Positions 51,755 to 64,000 of a DNA stretch of 64,000 nucleotides are shown here, piece by piece. The position numbers were made by a program, and so were the translations under genes. The DNA comes from Spirogloea muscicola (taxonomy: Eukaryota): the NCBI GenBank assembly GCA_009602725.1, contig WELB01000026.1, positions 472,530-536,529 of the forward strand, in the 5' to 3' direction. The first letter of the stretch is position 1; every line of letters begins with the position of its first letter. Below the pieces are notes generated by a model. It saw only the letters and a program-made list of their open reading frames with translations. It did not search any database and was not told the DNA's origin.

Positions 51755-54600
51755 ATCGGGAAGGTATTATTTGTGTATTTGAAACAAACGAAGGCCAGGA
51801 AGGGAAGGCGGATGGAGTGTGTATCAAGAGATGGAGGGCCTGTGTGGCCAAGTACAAAGGCAAGCACATTGACAAATGTACATCACCTGCTGCTAAGCTG
51901 ACCCGCTCAGCAACCATGAGTCAGCACATAGAGGTCGCTAACTGATGCCCGAATGCTGGGATGCGATGGCATCCTTGTGGAGGCTGGCTTCTCGGTGGCA
52001 GCCGAGAACTCCGCCGTCATGCCGCAACGGGCCGACGGTCTCCACGCTCGTCGCGTCGACCTTGTGGCCACCCCACCAGCCGGCGGGCCACGTCTTCTCC
52101 TTGACGTGGTGACCACTGACCCCTACGACCGCGAACACCCAGCCCAGTGTGCTACGAAGACTTGGTATGCGGTAGCCTGCGCCGCTCAGGCCAAGGAGCT
52201 GAGCGGCGCAGATACGCTCAAATACGCAGATCACCCGCGGGAAGACGACTTCTTCCCGCTCGCCATCGACACGCACGGGGCGTTGGGCGCTCGGTGGCTC
52301 GAGCTGCTCAACCAGCTCTTACGTCACGCCATCGTCCGCCGCTTCCATGGGGAGCCGGTGGACTTCCCTGCAGCCGGGTCGCTGGCGCAGGTGTACCGTA
52401 TTCTCTTGGCCGTCTTGCTGCCGAGGTCTATGGCCCGCGCGCTGCACCTGCGTGCCGAAAGAGCCCTCGCTGCTGCCTCTGGCTCCGGCCAAGGGACCCG
52501 CTTCCAGGCACCCAGTTTCTCTGACCTGCGGCTGCTTAGCAGGGGTTACTGAGTGCTTCGTAGCTGCTTAATTATTTTTGTGCTTGTTTTCCTTAGTGCT
52601 TCCCCTGGCCCCTTCTCGTCCTTTGTTCGTTCTTTTATTTGGGCTGGCTTTTTCCAGCCCCTATCCTCAATGGGCGAGCCCTTCTTCTGATACCGGACGG
52701 GAATCGACAAGCTCTTGAGCTACCAGCTACGGTTCGACTAGCTTTCTGATGCAACGCATCAGAAAGCTGAAAGGGAGAGAAAGCGCGCCGGTGCGCGTGA
52801 AATTAGAGGGTGTTTAATCCAAGCCGATACATTGTTCAGGCATTGTTCAAGGAAGGGGAGATTTCTTGTATTTGAAACAAAAAGGCCCCATCGCCGAGTG
52901 GGTGGTGACACGAAGGCGCACTCTACTGCGAGATTGATCATTCCTTTTTTGTGCTGGCCTTGCACAGCCATCTTCACCGAAATTGGATTCTTCTATCATA
53001 GAGACTGAAGCGCGATCCCACCATTAGGGGACGCAGCATGTTTTGCTTCGCCTGCGTGCAGCCCTCCGTCTGCACGCACTTGCTAAATAGATATGATTGA
53101 GCGCCCGCTCGCAGAAGTCATGGAGAGTGGTTTTGTGCTTTTGCGCCATCCGGCCCTTTCAAACTTTGTACAGCCTTAGGGCTGGCCTCTCACAGCCAGT
53201 ACCTTACTTTGAAAGAGCATTTTCTTTCTCTGTGCAGGGATGCGGCTGGTATAGCCGACCAGTGGTCGCTGGGAGCAGGCATCAATGGGGAGGACTTCGA
53301 TAAGTCTGGAGATAGGAGATCGCGATCCTCTCCTTCCAGATTCCAGTCAAACCGTGTCCTAGATTTATCACGAGACCGTGTCCTTGTTCCTACTTGGGGC
53401 TGGCCTCTCACAGCCACTGCCTTACTTTGGAAGAGTTGTTTCATCATAAGCGAGCCCTCACCTTATCTGGGGGGTAATTGGTGCAAGCCTTCTATCCCAA
53501 GAGCGAAGCTGGAGCTTTGAAAGAAAGTCTCCTCCAGTAGAGGGCAATGGATGTGATTGGCCAGCCCAGGAAAGAATGAACAAAGTTCGATGGGGCCAGA
53601 AAAGCGTTGAGCATACAGCGACTGAAGTGGCCACTGGCTGCTCAACAACCCCTGTTGAGCAGCCGCAGGTCAGAGAATTTAGTCTCCGAGTAGCGGGCCC
53701 CCTGTCCACAGCCAAAGCGCGACAGGCAGATGCACCGCGTGTGTCATTCTCCGCTGCAGCGATATGACAGGGCGCATGCGATAGACCTGGGCGAGGAGAA
53801 GAAAGTGCTCGCTGCAGGGAAAGAGGCACTCCGCCGAGACCCAGAGGCGGCCGCCATAGCACGGCCTGCTCGCTCGTGGACGGCGTAGGCAAGGGAGCGT
53901 TGAAACGATACCGCCAGGCGCATACGGAAGACTTGGGCGAGAGGAGAAGTCTTTCCTCTGAAAAGAAGGTAAGACTCTTCCAGTACAGAGCGATGTTTGT
54001 GACAGGCCAGTTCAAAAAAGAATGAGTCATTTTAGAAAGGGCCAGAGAAGGAAGTTAGCCCTTCCAAAGGGGGCAAGGGCTGTGAAATGCCAGCCTGAAG
54101 AAAGACTGACAAGGTCCGCTAAAACACGTAGTAATTTAGCAAGTACCCATGTACAATGTTGACTTAGTAACCTGCAGGTAGCAGCCACAAGTCAGGAAGA
54201 CTAGCCGCCGGAAAGCAGTCCCCTTGACGAAAGCCAGAGGCTGCATAAAAGCGTTAAAGCACACGGTGACTCAAGTGGCCACTGGCGCACAATATCCCCT
54301 GTTGAGCAGCCGCAGGTCAGAGACAGTAGTCTCCGGGTAGCCAGTCACCTGTCTAAGCCAGAGAAGTGGCGTGTGTTTTGCGCCCTGTCTAAGCCGGAGG
54401 CTGTGGCCAAAGCGCGACCGGCTCTGAAAGAAGAAGGGAGCTGAAACCCAACCTAAACCCTACCATGAGAAAGAACAACAGCGCTTCCGATGTGAGGAAA
54501 TGGCTGTGAGAAAGAGCTGTGAGAAAGTAAGGAAACGGCTGTGAGAGGAGGCGAGGGCTGTGAAGAGGAAAGACTCTTCCAGCAGATGACGGCCAGCCCC
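51755..54600. mobile_element. Cluster of CRE-like elements, including an open RLE C-terminal ORF at 51953-52552 with its 3' UTR to ~52690
   Basis: GILVEAGFSV..RRVDLVAT..LLLDVVTTDP..AKE..KYADH..FFPLAIDTHGALG..RSMARALHLRA..SDLRLLSRGY*. Minus-strand copies at ~53520-53940 and ~54170-54350. Confidence 0.85.
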
Positions 54601-54618
54601 AAGGGAGTCCGCTGCCAA

Positions 54619-54682
54619 GTTTAGGGTTTAGGATTGAGGGTTGAGGGTTTAGGGTTCAGGTTTCAGGGGTTTGGGTTTTAGG
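54619..54682 (+). repeat. Degenerate interstitial plant-type telomeric repeats (TTTAGGG)
   Basis: gtttagggtttaggattgagggttgagggtttagggttcaggtttcaggggtttgggttttagg, ~9 units. An opposite-strand ACCTAAACCCTA lies at ~54451-54462. Confidence 0.8.
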
Positions 54683-54855
54683 CGGTCGGAAGACATGCGG
54701 CGGGACTCGCGGCGCAGAACGCGCCGTATTCTCGGGGGAGCCGCCGCCGCCGCGAGAAGCCGGCCACGCCGCTCGGGAGCCGCCGGAGACGGCCTCCCGG
54801 CGACGGCGGCGATGCCGGCAGCGCTTTTTTTTTTTTGCCGCCGCCGCCGAGGCGG

Positions 54856-57800
54856 TCATGACGGCGCGGGCGGTGCGGCGGGCGGCTCCTTGGCCTTGGC
54901 GACAGCGTCGCTCGCCGCGGCCAGGCGCGCCAGCGTGCCCTCGATCGTCGCCAGCAGCGCCTCGATCTGGAACGGCTTGCTGGCGTACCCGTCCATGCCC
55001 GCCTGCACGCCGGAGCCAGCCGTGCATTGAGCGCCACAGCCCCCATGCAGAGTCTGATCAGTGGCGGAGATCAGCCCCCGACGGCCGTCGCCACTGGCGC
55101 TGCCGCTGGTCAGGCGCCCATCACCTCGAGGCACTTGTCGTGGTAGGCCTGCATGGCGTGCGCGGTAAGGCCGATGATGCACACGCGACGGCCTCCAGCC
55201 TGCTGCACCGCCTCGCGTTCCCGGATGCGCGCCGTCGCCTGCAGGCCGTCCAGCACTGGCATCTGCATAATCGCCGCCATTGAAGCAAAAGGGGCGTCAG
55301 TCCTGGAGACGTCGCCGCCGCCATGGTCGATGGGAAGCCTAGACGCTGGTCTCGAAGCTGTCCATGCCGGCCCACCTGTATGTCCATGAGGATGACGTCG
55401 AAGTGCTGGTGCCGCTCGAGGCCCCCGCCCAGCGCGTCCAGCACCTGCTGCCCGTCGCCCACAACCGCCACCTCGTGCCCGCATTTCTGCAGCTGCCTGG
55501 CGATGTAAGCGTGCGCCGCACCCCGAGCAGCACTGTCAGTGGCAGCTGACGAGGTCCGGTGGCAACTTATGGCAGCCAGCCAGCGCCGCGTGAAGACAGC
55601 ACGCACCTGCAGGCCACCCGCTGGTTCACGACGTTGTCATCAGCGACCAGGATGGACAGCCTCCTGCCTGATGCTGCCAGCGGCAGCTCTTTGGTGTTGC
55701 TGGCAATGGCCAGCGGCACATTCGGCCTGCCACTGGTCCTGTGCAAGGAGAGGCCCGGCGGCTTCGGTTGACAGGAGACGGCAGCATCAGCGCCGGTGGG
55801 CGACCGCGACGCGCCGGGGCTCACGCCTTGGCATGCAGAGCAGGCTGCGCCGAGGCTTTGGTCTCGAGAGCCATGGCCGGCCTCGGCGTCCTGGCAACCC
55901 ACTAATGGTCGGCCGCCACCAGCACAGCCAGTGCTGCAGTCCTTAGAGCGTGGTGTAGACGAAGTGGAGGTGTTGGACGCGGTGCGCATCAGCGGCGATA
56001 ACAAGGACACATCCAGCGGCATTGACATGGAGAGGGGCTGTCGCTTCGCGTTCTCGTCAGCTGACGCGCGTCGGAGGCGTGCTGTGAAGTAGAATGTGCT
56101 GCCCTGGCCAACCTCACTGTGCACCCAAATGCGGCCGCCCATCATGCTCACCAGCCTGCATTGTCAGGAGCCACGACCACGACCACCACCATATCACGAA
56201 CACGAATATGACACCATGAACGACCCTGACTGTTAGCTTGCTTATAAAAGGAAGGCTGCCCAAGAGGCACGACAGCGTGCTGGGCCGATCAGCTGTCTGC
56301 GCTTGGACCAATTGCCAGGCAGATGTGCAGCCTCCTGGAAAGTAGCTGGTAAGATCGGCTGCATACCTGGAGGTGATGGTGAGGCCGAGGCCGGTGCCGC
56401 CGTAGAGCCGCGAAGTAGATGAGTCCGCCTGTGTGAATGCTGTGAAGATGCGCTCCATCTGCTCCTGCGGGATGCCGATGCCAGTGTCTGCCACAGAGAA
56501 TCTGATATGCATCTCCTGGCCATCATCCTGCCCGACATTGATGGCAGCGCTAGTCGTGTCGTCAGCCTCCTCGCAGCCTTCGCCGTTGCCGACCACATCA
56601 ATAGCCACGTGCCCTGGTGATGCCGGCAGCTTCTTGCTCAGGCTGGCGGGCTGGCCGAAGATGTCGCGCGGCGTGGCGGGCGGTACAGGATGGACATTCG
56701 GCTGTAGCCTGTTGGCTGCACGGGCCATGGGCCTGCCGCTGCTGGCAGAACTTTCAGTTTGCCTCGTACCCATGACCGCTGACTCCGACATCCGCCTCAT
56801 GCGTCGGCACCTGTCTGTGGATGCGGCCACCGAGTTGGCACGCAGCCAGCCGGGCAGGTCCAGCGACGGCCTCAGCGCACCACGCCAGAAGCTCATGGCC
56901 TCCGTCGACGGCGACTCCTCGCCGCCGCTGTGCTCGCTGCCGTCCCTGTCCATCTGCATCGCTCGCGCCCTGGCAGACTTGGCGTCCACAGGAAAGCCCC
57001 TTCGGCAAGTGTTGAGGAGCACCTGTCATAGCATCCGAAAGTACTGGTGAACGCATTGGATGGGGACTCTGCTGAAGCGTTGTCTGCTGTCTGCTCCTAT
57101 TTGTTAGTCTGACCACCACGTAGGCCATGAGCTCACCAGAAAGTCGGCACTGCTCCGCGACGAGCTGCGGCGGTGCCTGCCACCGGTGCGTTGCCGTTGC
57201 ACCAAGCCATGACTTGCATTGCCGCCTTCAGTCACGCCGGCCTCGTCCCCCAGCTCAACAGATAGAGTGATCTCGCCCTTGGCCGTGAACTTAATGGCAT
57301 TGCTAATGAGGTTGAGCAGGCACTGGCGCAGGCGATTGGGATCGCCTATGAGGGTCGGGCCATCACTACTGCCGCTGGCTGCAATCAGGCTGGTGCTCAG
57401 TGACCACTTGATTGCCAAACCCTTCTGCGCCGCCCGCGCCTGCAGCGCTTTGGTTGTTGTGCCCAGCATCTCCGTGAGGCTGCCAATCAAGGTGCATGCA
57501 AGGACCGTCAGATCACAGTCAATTACCAGCAAACAAGGGCTCAGCGACGGAAGGACCCGGAGAGGCTCGAGCTCCATCGCATCTGCAGACTGCGGGAGTG
57601 CGTTCCAAAGACTCACCTGAATGGGACGCACTCAAATTGTAGTTTCCCAGCCTCAATCTTGCTCACGTCCAGGATGTCATCCACAATGCTGCAGAGGCAT
57701 GTAGCTGAGTGGCGAACTGTTTCCAGATACTCCCGCTGCTCCTTGCTCAGCACTGTGTCCAGCGCCAGTGCTGCCGAGCCCAGGATGCCATGTATGGGCG

Positions 57801-60278
57801 TCCTGCATGCCAGCACCTTCTGCCAGTCAATTTAGCAGTATCTTCTAAGCCAGTCTGTTACATGTTGGTCCAAGAAATGCATGGACATGCCAAGTGTGAT
57901 GCGCCACAATTATCGAGTCATAGGAGATGACTACACGACCCAGGCAGCCAACGGAAATGTCCGGACCTGATCTCATGGCTCATGTTTGCAAGGAACTCGG
58001 ACTTGGCCTTGTTGGCGGCCTCAGCCTCCTTCTTGCTGTGCTGCAAATGCAGTGTGGCCTTCCACAGCTCCTCTGTCAGCGCGTCCTTTTCCCGAATGGC
58101 ACCACTGATTAAGATAACCATGCCGCTGATGATCAAGCAGAATAGCTGCAGGACCACTTCGAACGCTTGTGTAAGACGAAATGTCAGGATTGGTGGCGCG
58201 AGACAGCTTGCAGCAAAGCAATCAGTTGGCCGAAGCTGCCTGCGGACCTGTACTTGCAGACCCCGCTCATAGATGCCCATGTACGCGAAGGTCCCATTGG
58301 GCAATTTGGCGGAGCCAAAGACAGCAATGACGCTCATGAGCACGCTGGCGGTCGTGGAGATCCGCTGGTCGAAGCGGAACGAGATCCAGATGAGGACAGG
58401 GAGGATGAGGTATGGCCGGCGCTCCATGGCTGGGACTGCCCCGCCGACAAGGCCGCCAAACACGAAGAAGGTGAGAATGAAAAGGAGGGCGAGCACTGCA
58501 GCTGCCTCCAGGGCTTTCCACCACCACCCTGCGTCATGTGGAAGCCGGAGCTGGTCAGAATTCAGATCCCACCTGAGTTTGCTTCTGGTCCTGTTTATGC
58601 TGTAATAGCAATAGCACCTAGATTGGAGTGACTTGATGCTCAAACACTGGCGATGGAGGGCATGTGGGGCCTTGTCAGCAGGGCACCTGGGCAGGGCCTC
58701 CAGTTCTTGGAGTAAGGTGAGATGCACCAGAAGAGGATGCAGGGCGTGAGCACGAAGATGCCAGCCAGCGCGCCCCACCACCATGCCAGCAGCGACTGAG
58801 AAACACAAATGTCGTACATGCATGTATTACCTAACTGTCTGTCTACTACTATGTACAGAGACATGTCTTTGAATGCATTCCTTGGCTTCCTGAGCTCCAG
58901 ATGGATGTCAATATGAACGCCCTCGTCAAAAGGTCGGCAGTCATGCCAGACACCCTCTTATGGCTGAGATGTTAACTCGCCTTCACTGACTACACCAAAA
59001 GGATGAGTAGTAGATGGCCAGAACATGGCTAACAAGGCTGGTAAGCTTAATTGATTCTTGAATGCCTCTGTGAGAGCCAAGGTTGCGACATTGTCACCTT
59101 GAGCCAGGTGTGCACGGTGATGTGCGTCAGTACTGCCTTCACGACGGTAACAGAAATCGCAGCCCCAACAACGGTTGCAACGGCAGATATCACGAAGAAA
59201 CGGAACGCCCACGTGACGCTGGCAATCATGAAAAAGATCTGCTTGCTTGCTCAGCAATGCCGTGCTTGCTCAGCATCACTTGCAATCCGAAGAGAAGAGG
59301 CATGGGCCAACACCAGAGTCAGCAACACGTTGTAGCAATACCTGCGAAAAGGTGGCCCCTTGTTCCAGCGCCGCAGGAGTGCAAGTGCCAAAGTGGCCTG
59401 CAACAATGACAGAGTAGTTGCGACGTCCACATCAGAGTGACTTGTCAGCAACGACACCTGCATGCTCCGAGTACGGCATTGTCAGAGTGAGAGTCCTTAA
59501 CGAGCTTGGCCAGCGCAGCACTTGACCTCGATTGCGCCACCCAGGGTGACCGCCAGGCAGCTGGCAATGGTGCCGCCCAGCGCTGAGTGCAGTGGAGGGG
59601 AGTGTGTCCACCAAATGGTGATTGTCATAATGCCCACCACGACACCAGGTAGCATCCCATAGCCTGCTCTTGGTGCAGCGCAGCGCACTCTGGTCAGCCG
59701 GCTCTTCACACCTGTCTATTACTTCTCCGTCGCATTAGCAACTTCTGGACGACATTGGCAATGGCTGCAACAGGAGGAAGTGCTGGGCCAGGCACATACC
59801 AAGGAGCATGAAGGCGGCCAGGGTAAAGCCGGAGGGCGCCCACAGCGGCACCGGCTGGTCCCCGCGCTGCGCCAAGAGCGCGAGGCGGCCTGCACTTGGG
59901 GAAAGCAATAGGTGTAGGGACTGAGCTAGGGGGATCTGCTGTAGAGTCAGCACTAACAGCATGGCAGTACTTATGCTGTGGCACTGCCGTTGGACTCAAG
60001 GGCGCAGACTTGGTTAGGCAGGGGCCCATGGCGCTCGGTGGCAGGAGCGCCGCGCTTCCGACTGGTCGAAAGGACTCACCAGTGAGCACAATGACGATGG
60101 CGAGCGCCACGTTGAGGCCGCCGAAGCGCACCCAGCTTGGCGCAGCCCACGGGGAGTCGTCCACCACCCAGCCCTGGCCCGCCCAGCAGCTCCGCCTGGG
60201 CGACAGCACCTCCCCATCCACGCTCGGCCCGCCATGGACACCGTCGGGGCCCCTTTTGGCCTCCTTGCCAGCCTCCAT
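54856..60278 (-). CDS. Hybrid histidine kinase: MASE1 sensor, HisKA, HATPase_c and receiver domain
   Basis: MASE1-like [36 protein letters not shown]-box [20 protein letters not shown]-box [22 protein letters not shown]1/F/G2 [42 protein letters not shown]. Confidence 0.93.
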
Positions 60279-62293
60279 GGCTGGTCCGCGCGCCCGTCAG
60301 AGCATGTGGCCCGCTGCTGCTATCTGAGATCGGGCCTCGGCTCCCAGCCTGGGCGCCCAGAGTCGGCCATGGCGGATCCGCAACGAACACGAGCTCGGCC
60401 GCAACCAAGGCCGAGGCTCTCAGGAGGGCGTCCGAGCACTGCTGCCGCCGTTCCTCTTGCCACCTGCTCTGCCTCCCGGTTCACCCATCACGGCTGCGCT
60501 CCTCGACGGCCTCAAGCGGCGTAGTCCGAGAGCGGCGTCGTCAACACCCAGCCACACGCGGCACACGGCCTCCAGCGCCGTCGCGGCAGCAGTACTGGCA
60601 GCGTGACGAGCAGGAGCCAGGGGTGAACTCCGGTGCCTGGCCTTCACCGGCCGGACACCCGCGTTGCACCTCCTGCAGCCTTCCCGCTCGATCTGGTCCC
60701 ACAGGAAGGTACCCAAACAAGCCCCCCTCCCCCTTCTCCTCGCTTCCCCTCCTCCAACGCCCCCTCTTTACACTCTCCCTCCGTCCCACCCCACCCTCCT
60801 CCCCACTTCCTTCCTCCCCTCACCACCCCCCTCCCCCNTCTATGAATCTCCCTCTCTACCTCCCTACCTCTACCTCTCTCGCTCGCTCTCCTCGTTCTCA
60901 ACCCCCCTCCCCGGCCCTCCCTCTCTCTCCCTCCTCTCTCTCTCCCCCTTGGAGGTACTAAGAGCGCCCTGTCTGCCTAGCCTGTGGCTCCGTCAAGAAC
61001 ACCTGTATGCATCTGGCTGGCTTTCTCCAGCCGCTCTTTCAATATCAGCAGCCGCATTCTCTCGGTCGCCGCCGCCCCCACCACAGCCGCAGCCACCTCT
61101 ACACCACGTGGGCCCCCGCAAGCACCTGACTGCCACAGAGAGGCTGGCCGCTTGGGGCCTCTTGTGCGCGCAAGCAGGCCAGGGGCCCCAACGTGGTTCT
61201 GAAGGGGCCGTCCACAGCCGTTCGCGCTGGGCGCCTCCGACGGTGAACACGGCATCCTGTCATAGCCAGGTGGCGACGGGGCCGGAGGGGCCCCTGGCCC
61301 GGACTGGCTCTCCCGTGTCCCGACAGCCTGCTGAGCGCCGCTCCTGCGCCCCCACGGATCCAGGGGCCAACGACGAGGTGGGCACTCTCCGGTGCCATTT
61401 GCTCGAGGTTGAGGTTGAAGAAGTGCTCGCCCATAAGGGCTGAGGCTGAGGTCACCATGTGATTACACTTCCATCCTGTCTTTCAGCTGGGAGAGCCACT
61501 ATCTCAAGGAAAAGCAGCCCGGATTCCGTCCTTTCTTTTCGGGCTCAACAGGAGATATCGAGCACCAGCGGCCACTTGTCGCCGTGTGCACGGCGACTTC
61601 ACAGCCCGTTGCCGTAAACTGAAGGAGCTGTTTCTTTAGCGCTTCTTTGGCCTCTTCAAAAAGTGTTCATTCTTTTCCTGGGCCGGCCAACCACAGCCAT
61701 CGCCCTCTGCTGGAAGAGTCTGTCGTCCTTAGGAGAAATGATTAACTCCATTGAAGGGGGTGAGGGCTGTGAAAAGCCAGCCTCAGTAAGATTGGACAAG
61801 GTCCGAACAGACAATACGTCCAATGTAAGGCAATGGCTGTGAGAGGCCAGCCCAAGGAGAGAAGTGGCTCTCCCAAAGAATGAAGTGGCTCTCCTGAAGG
61901 GGGCAAGGGCTGTCAACAGCCAGCCCGAAAAGACTTGACAAGGTCCGAAGGGGCCAAAAGCGCTGTCTCAGTGCTGGGGTGGACCGTTCCAATCCCGGGC
62001 TTTCTGCCTCGGGGGCTGGCCATGCTGCGGCGAACGCCGCTCGCAGCAAGGCGACGAAGTACGCAGACCACCCGGCAAGGGACGACTTCGTCCCCCTGGC
62101 CGTGGATTTGCACGGGACAGTCGGGTCCCAGTGCCTCGACCTGTTGGCCCGGCTTGCGCGGCTAGCTCAGGTCTATCGTATGTGCCTTCGATCTCCCTCC
62201 AGCGGTCCGTGGCCCACGCCTTGCACCTGCGTGCTGGCCGTGCTCTAGCTGCAGCCTCTGGCTTTCGTCAGGGGGATGCTTCCGGCTGCTAGT

Positions 62294-62398
62294 CCAGATC
62301 TACAAATATTACTAACTAGCGAATTTAGTGAACGACGTCAGATTTTATTATGGATCGCTTTATTTGCTTCTTTCGCCGTCAAGGTTCCTATGGTACCA
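62294..62398 (+). pseudogene. nad4: NUMT: mitochondrial nad4 fragment
   Basis: AT-rich; reads DLQILLTSEFSERRQILLWIALFASFAVKVPMVP. Confidence 0.9.
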
Positions 62399-62464
62399 CG
62401 GCTGCCTTATACAGCCGCCCTTGGAGAAAGCCAGCCGCTGTCTATCGTGGACTTCCGTTGGTCA

Positions 62465-62830
<366 letters not shown>

Positions 62831-64000
62831 TCGCATTTACGGCTCCTCACTCGTGGTTACTAAGTGATCCATCCTACCTTAGCGCAAAGGAATGTACAGG
62901 AGACATAAAATCTACCAGTAGAGGGGTGATGGCTGGGGCTGACCAGCCCAGAAAGAGAATGAACAAATTTCGAAGGGGCCAGAAAAGCGATAAAGCAAAC
63001 AGCGACTCAAACGGCCACTGGGAGCAATATCCTCTGGTGAGCAGCCTCAGGTTAGAGAAAGTAGTCTCCGGGAAAGGTCCGAAAATTGAGGCAGCTTCTC
63101 CAATTTAAGGTAGTGGCTGAGAAGGTCCAATCGACAAGGTCTGAAGAGCCGAAAGGCGCCTAGCACACAACAATGCACGAGAGTACAGAGGAGAAACCTC
63201 AGTAACCCCGAAAGGTCTGAGAGGGCCGGAGGGCCAAAAAGCAGGAAGCTGTTCTCCATGACTTCTGCAAGTGGGCGCTCAATGACCTCTAGTCAGCAAG
63301 TGCATATCAGAATAACTAGAGGGCGGAAAAGCGTCGCCCTGACAGAATCTGGAGGCAGCAGCCAAGGTCCGAAGGGGCCGGACGGCGCTGAAGCACACGC
63401 ACACCACTAAGAATGTACCACAAAGAATGGTCACTTAGTAACCCCTAGTAAGCAACCGCAAAAGAAAAGAATGCGCGGCCAAATTGACTGGTGCCTGGGA
63501 GAGGCCAGCCCAAATGAATGGACAAGGTCTGAAAGAGCCGGATGGTGCAGAAAGCAAGCAAGAGAGAGACCACAGCCGCCGGAACGCAGCCGATAGGAGC
63601 AAGGGCTCGCCCATTGAGGATAGGGGCTGGGAAAGCCAGCCCAAAAAAGAATGAAACAGAGTACGAGAAGGGAAATTTCGTGTATTTGAAATAAACGAAG
63701 GCCAAATGGCCAAGTACAAAGGCAAGGACATCTTAAGACCTACATAACCTACAGTAGATTGACCCGCTCAGAAACCACGGGGCAAAACATAAAGGTCGCT
63801 AACCGATGCCTGGATACTAGATGGCAGATACGAAGCCCTTCTGCCACCAACTAGAGCTCGCCCAGCTTTCTGGTGCAAAGCATTAGCCTGAGCACGCTGC
63901 AAACAGGCCGAAACTCGTCGTCGCAACAACGACAGATAAGCAGCTGGCAAGCCCATCTCAGCCGGGAACACATGTGCATGTCGTGTGTAGCCTAGATTGG

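Overview
Eukaryotic, intron-rich nuclear DNA, most likely from a streptophyte alga or early-diverging green plant (inferred from galacturonokinase, a plant O-fucosyltransferase-family gene, redox-type plastid FBPase, a MASE1 hybrid histidine kinase and TTTAGGG repeats). Ten protein genes can be assembled by hand: serine carboxypeptidase-like, an intronless hydantoin/Asp-Glu racemase, a cyanobacterial-type lipid-A-disaccharide-synthase-related protein, plastid FBPase, DAD1/OST2, an FBXO15-like F-box gene, TRM112, an O-fucosyltransferase-family gene, GalAK and a MASE1-HisKA-HATPase-REC kinase. There is also an inverted pair of degenerate orphan genes, a Harbinger/Tourist-type MITE and a nad4/cox1 NUMT mosaic. 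The spliced host genes begin in GC/CpG-rich islands. The DNA just upstream of almost every island is packed with 5'-truncated 3' ends of CRE-like (RLE-type) non-LTR retrotransposons, which share a '(T/S)RGY*' C-terminus and short 3' hairpins and have no poly(A); introns and 3' flanks are nearly free of them. TRM112 intron 1 holds a duplicated, apparently structured ~200-nt element. All gene models and similarities were judged by eye; no searches were run.
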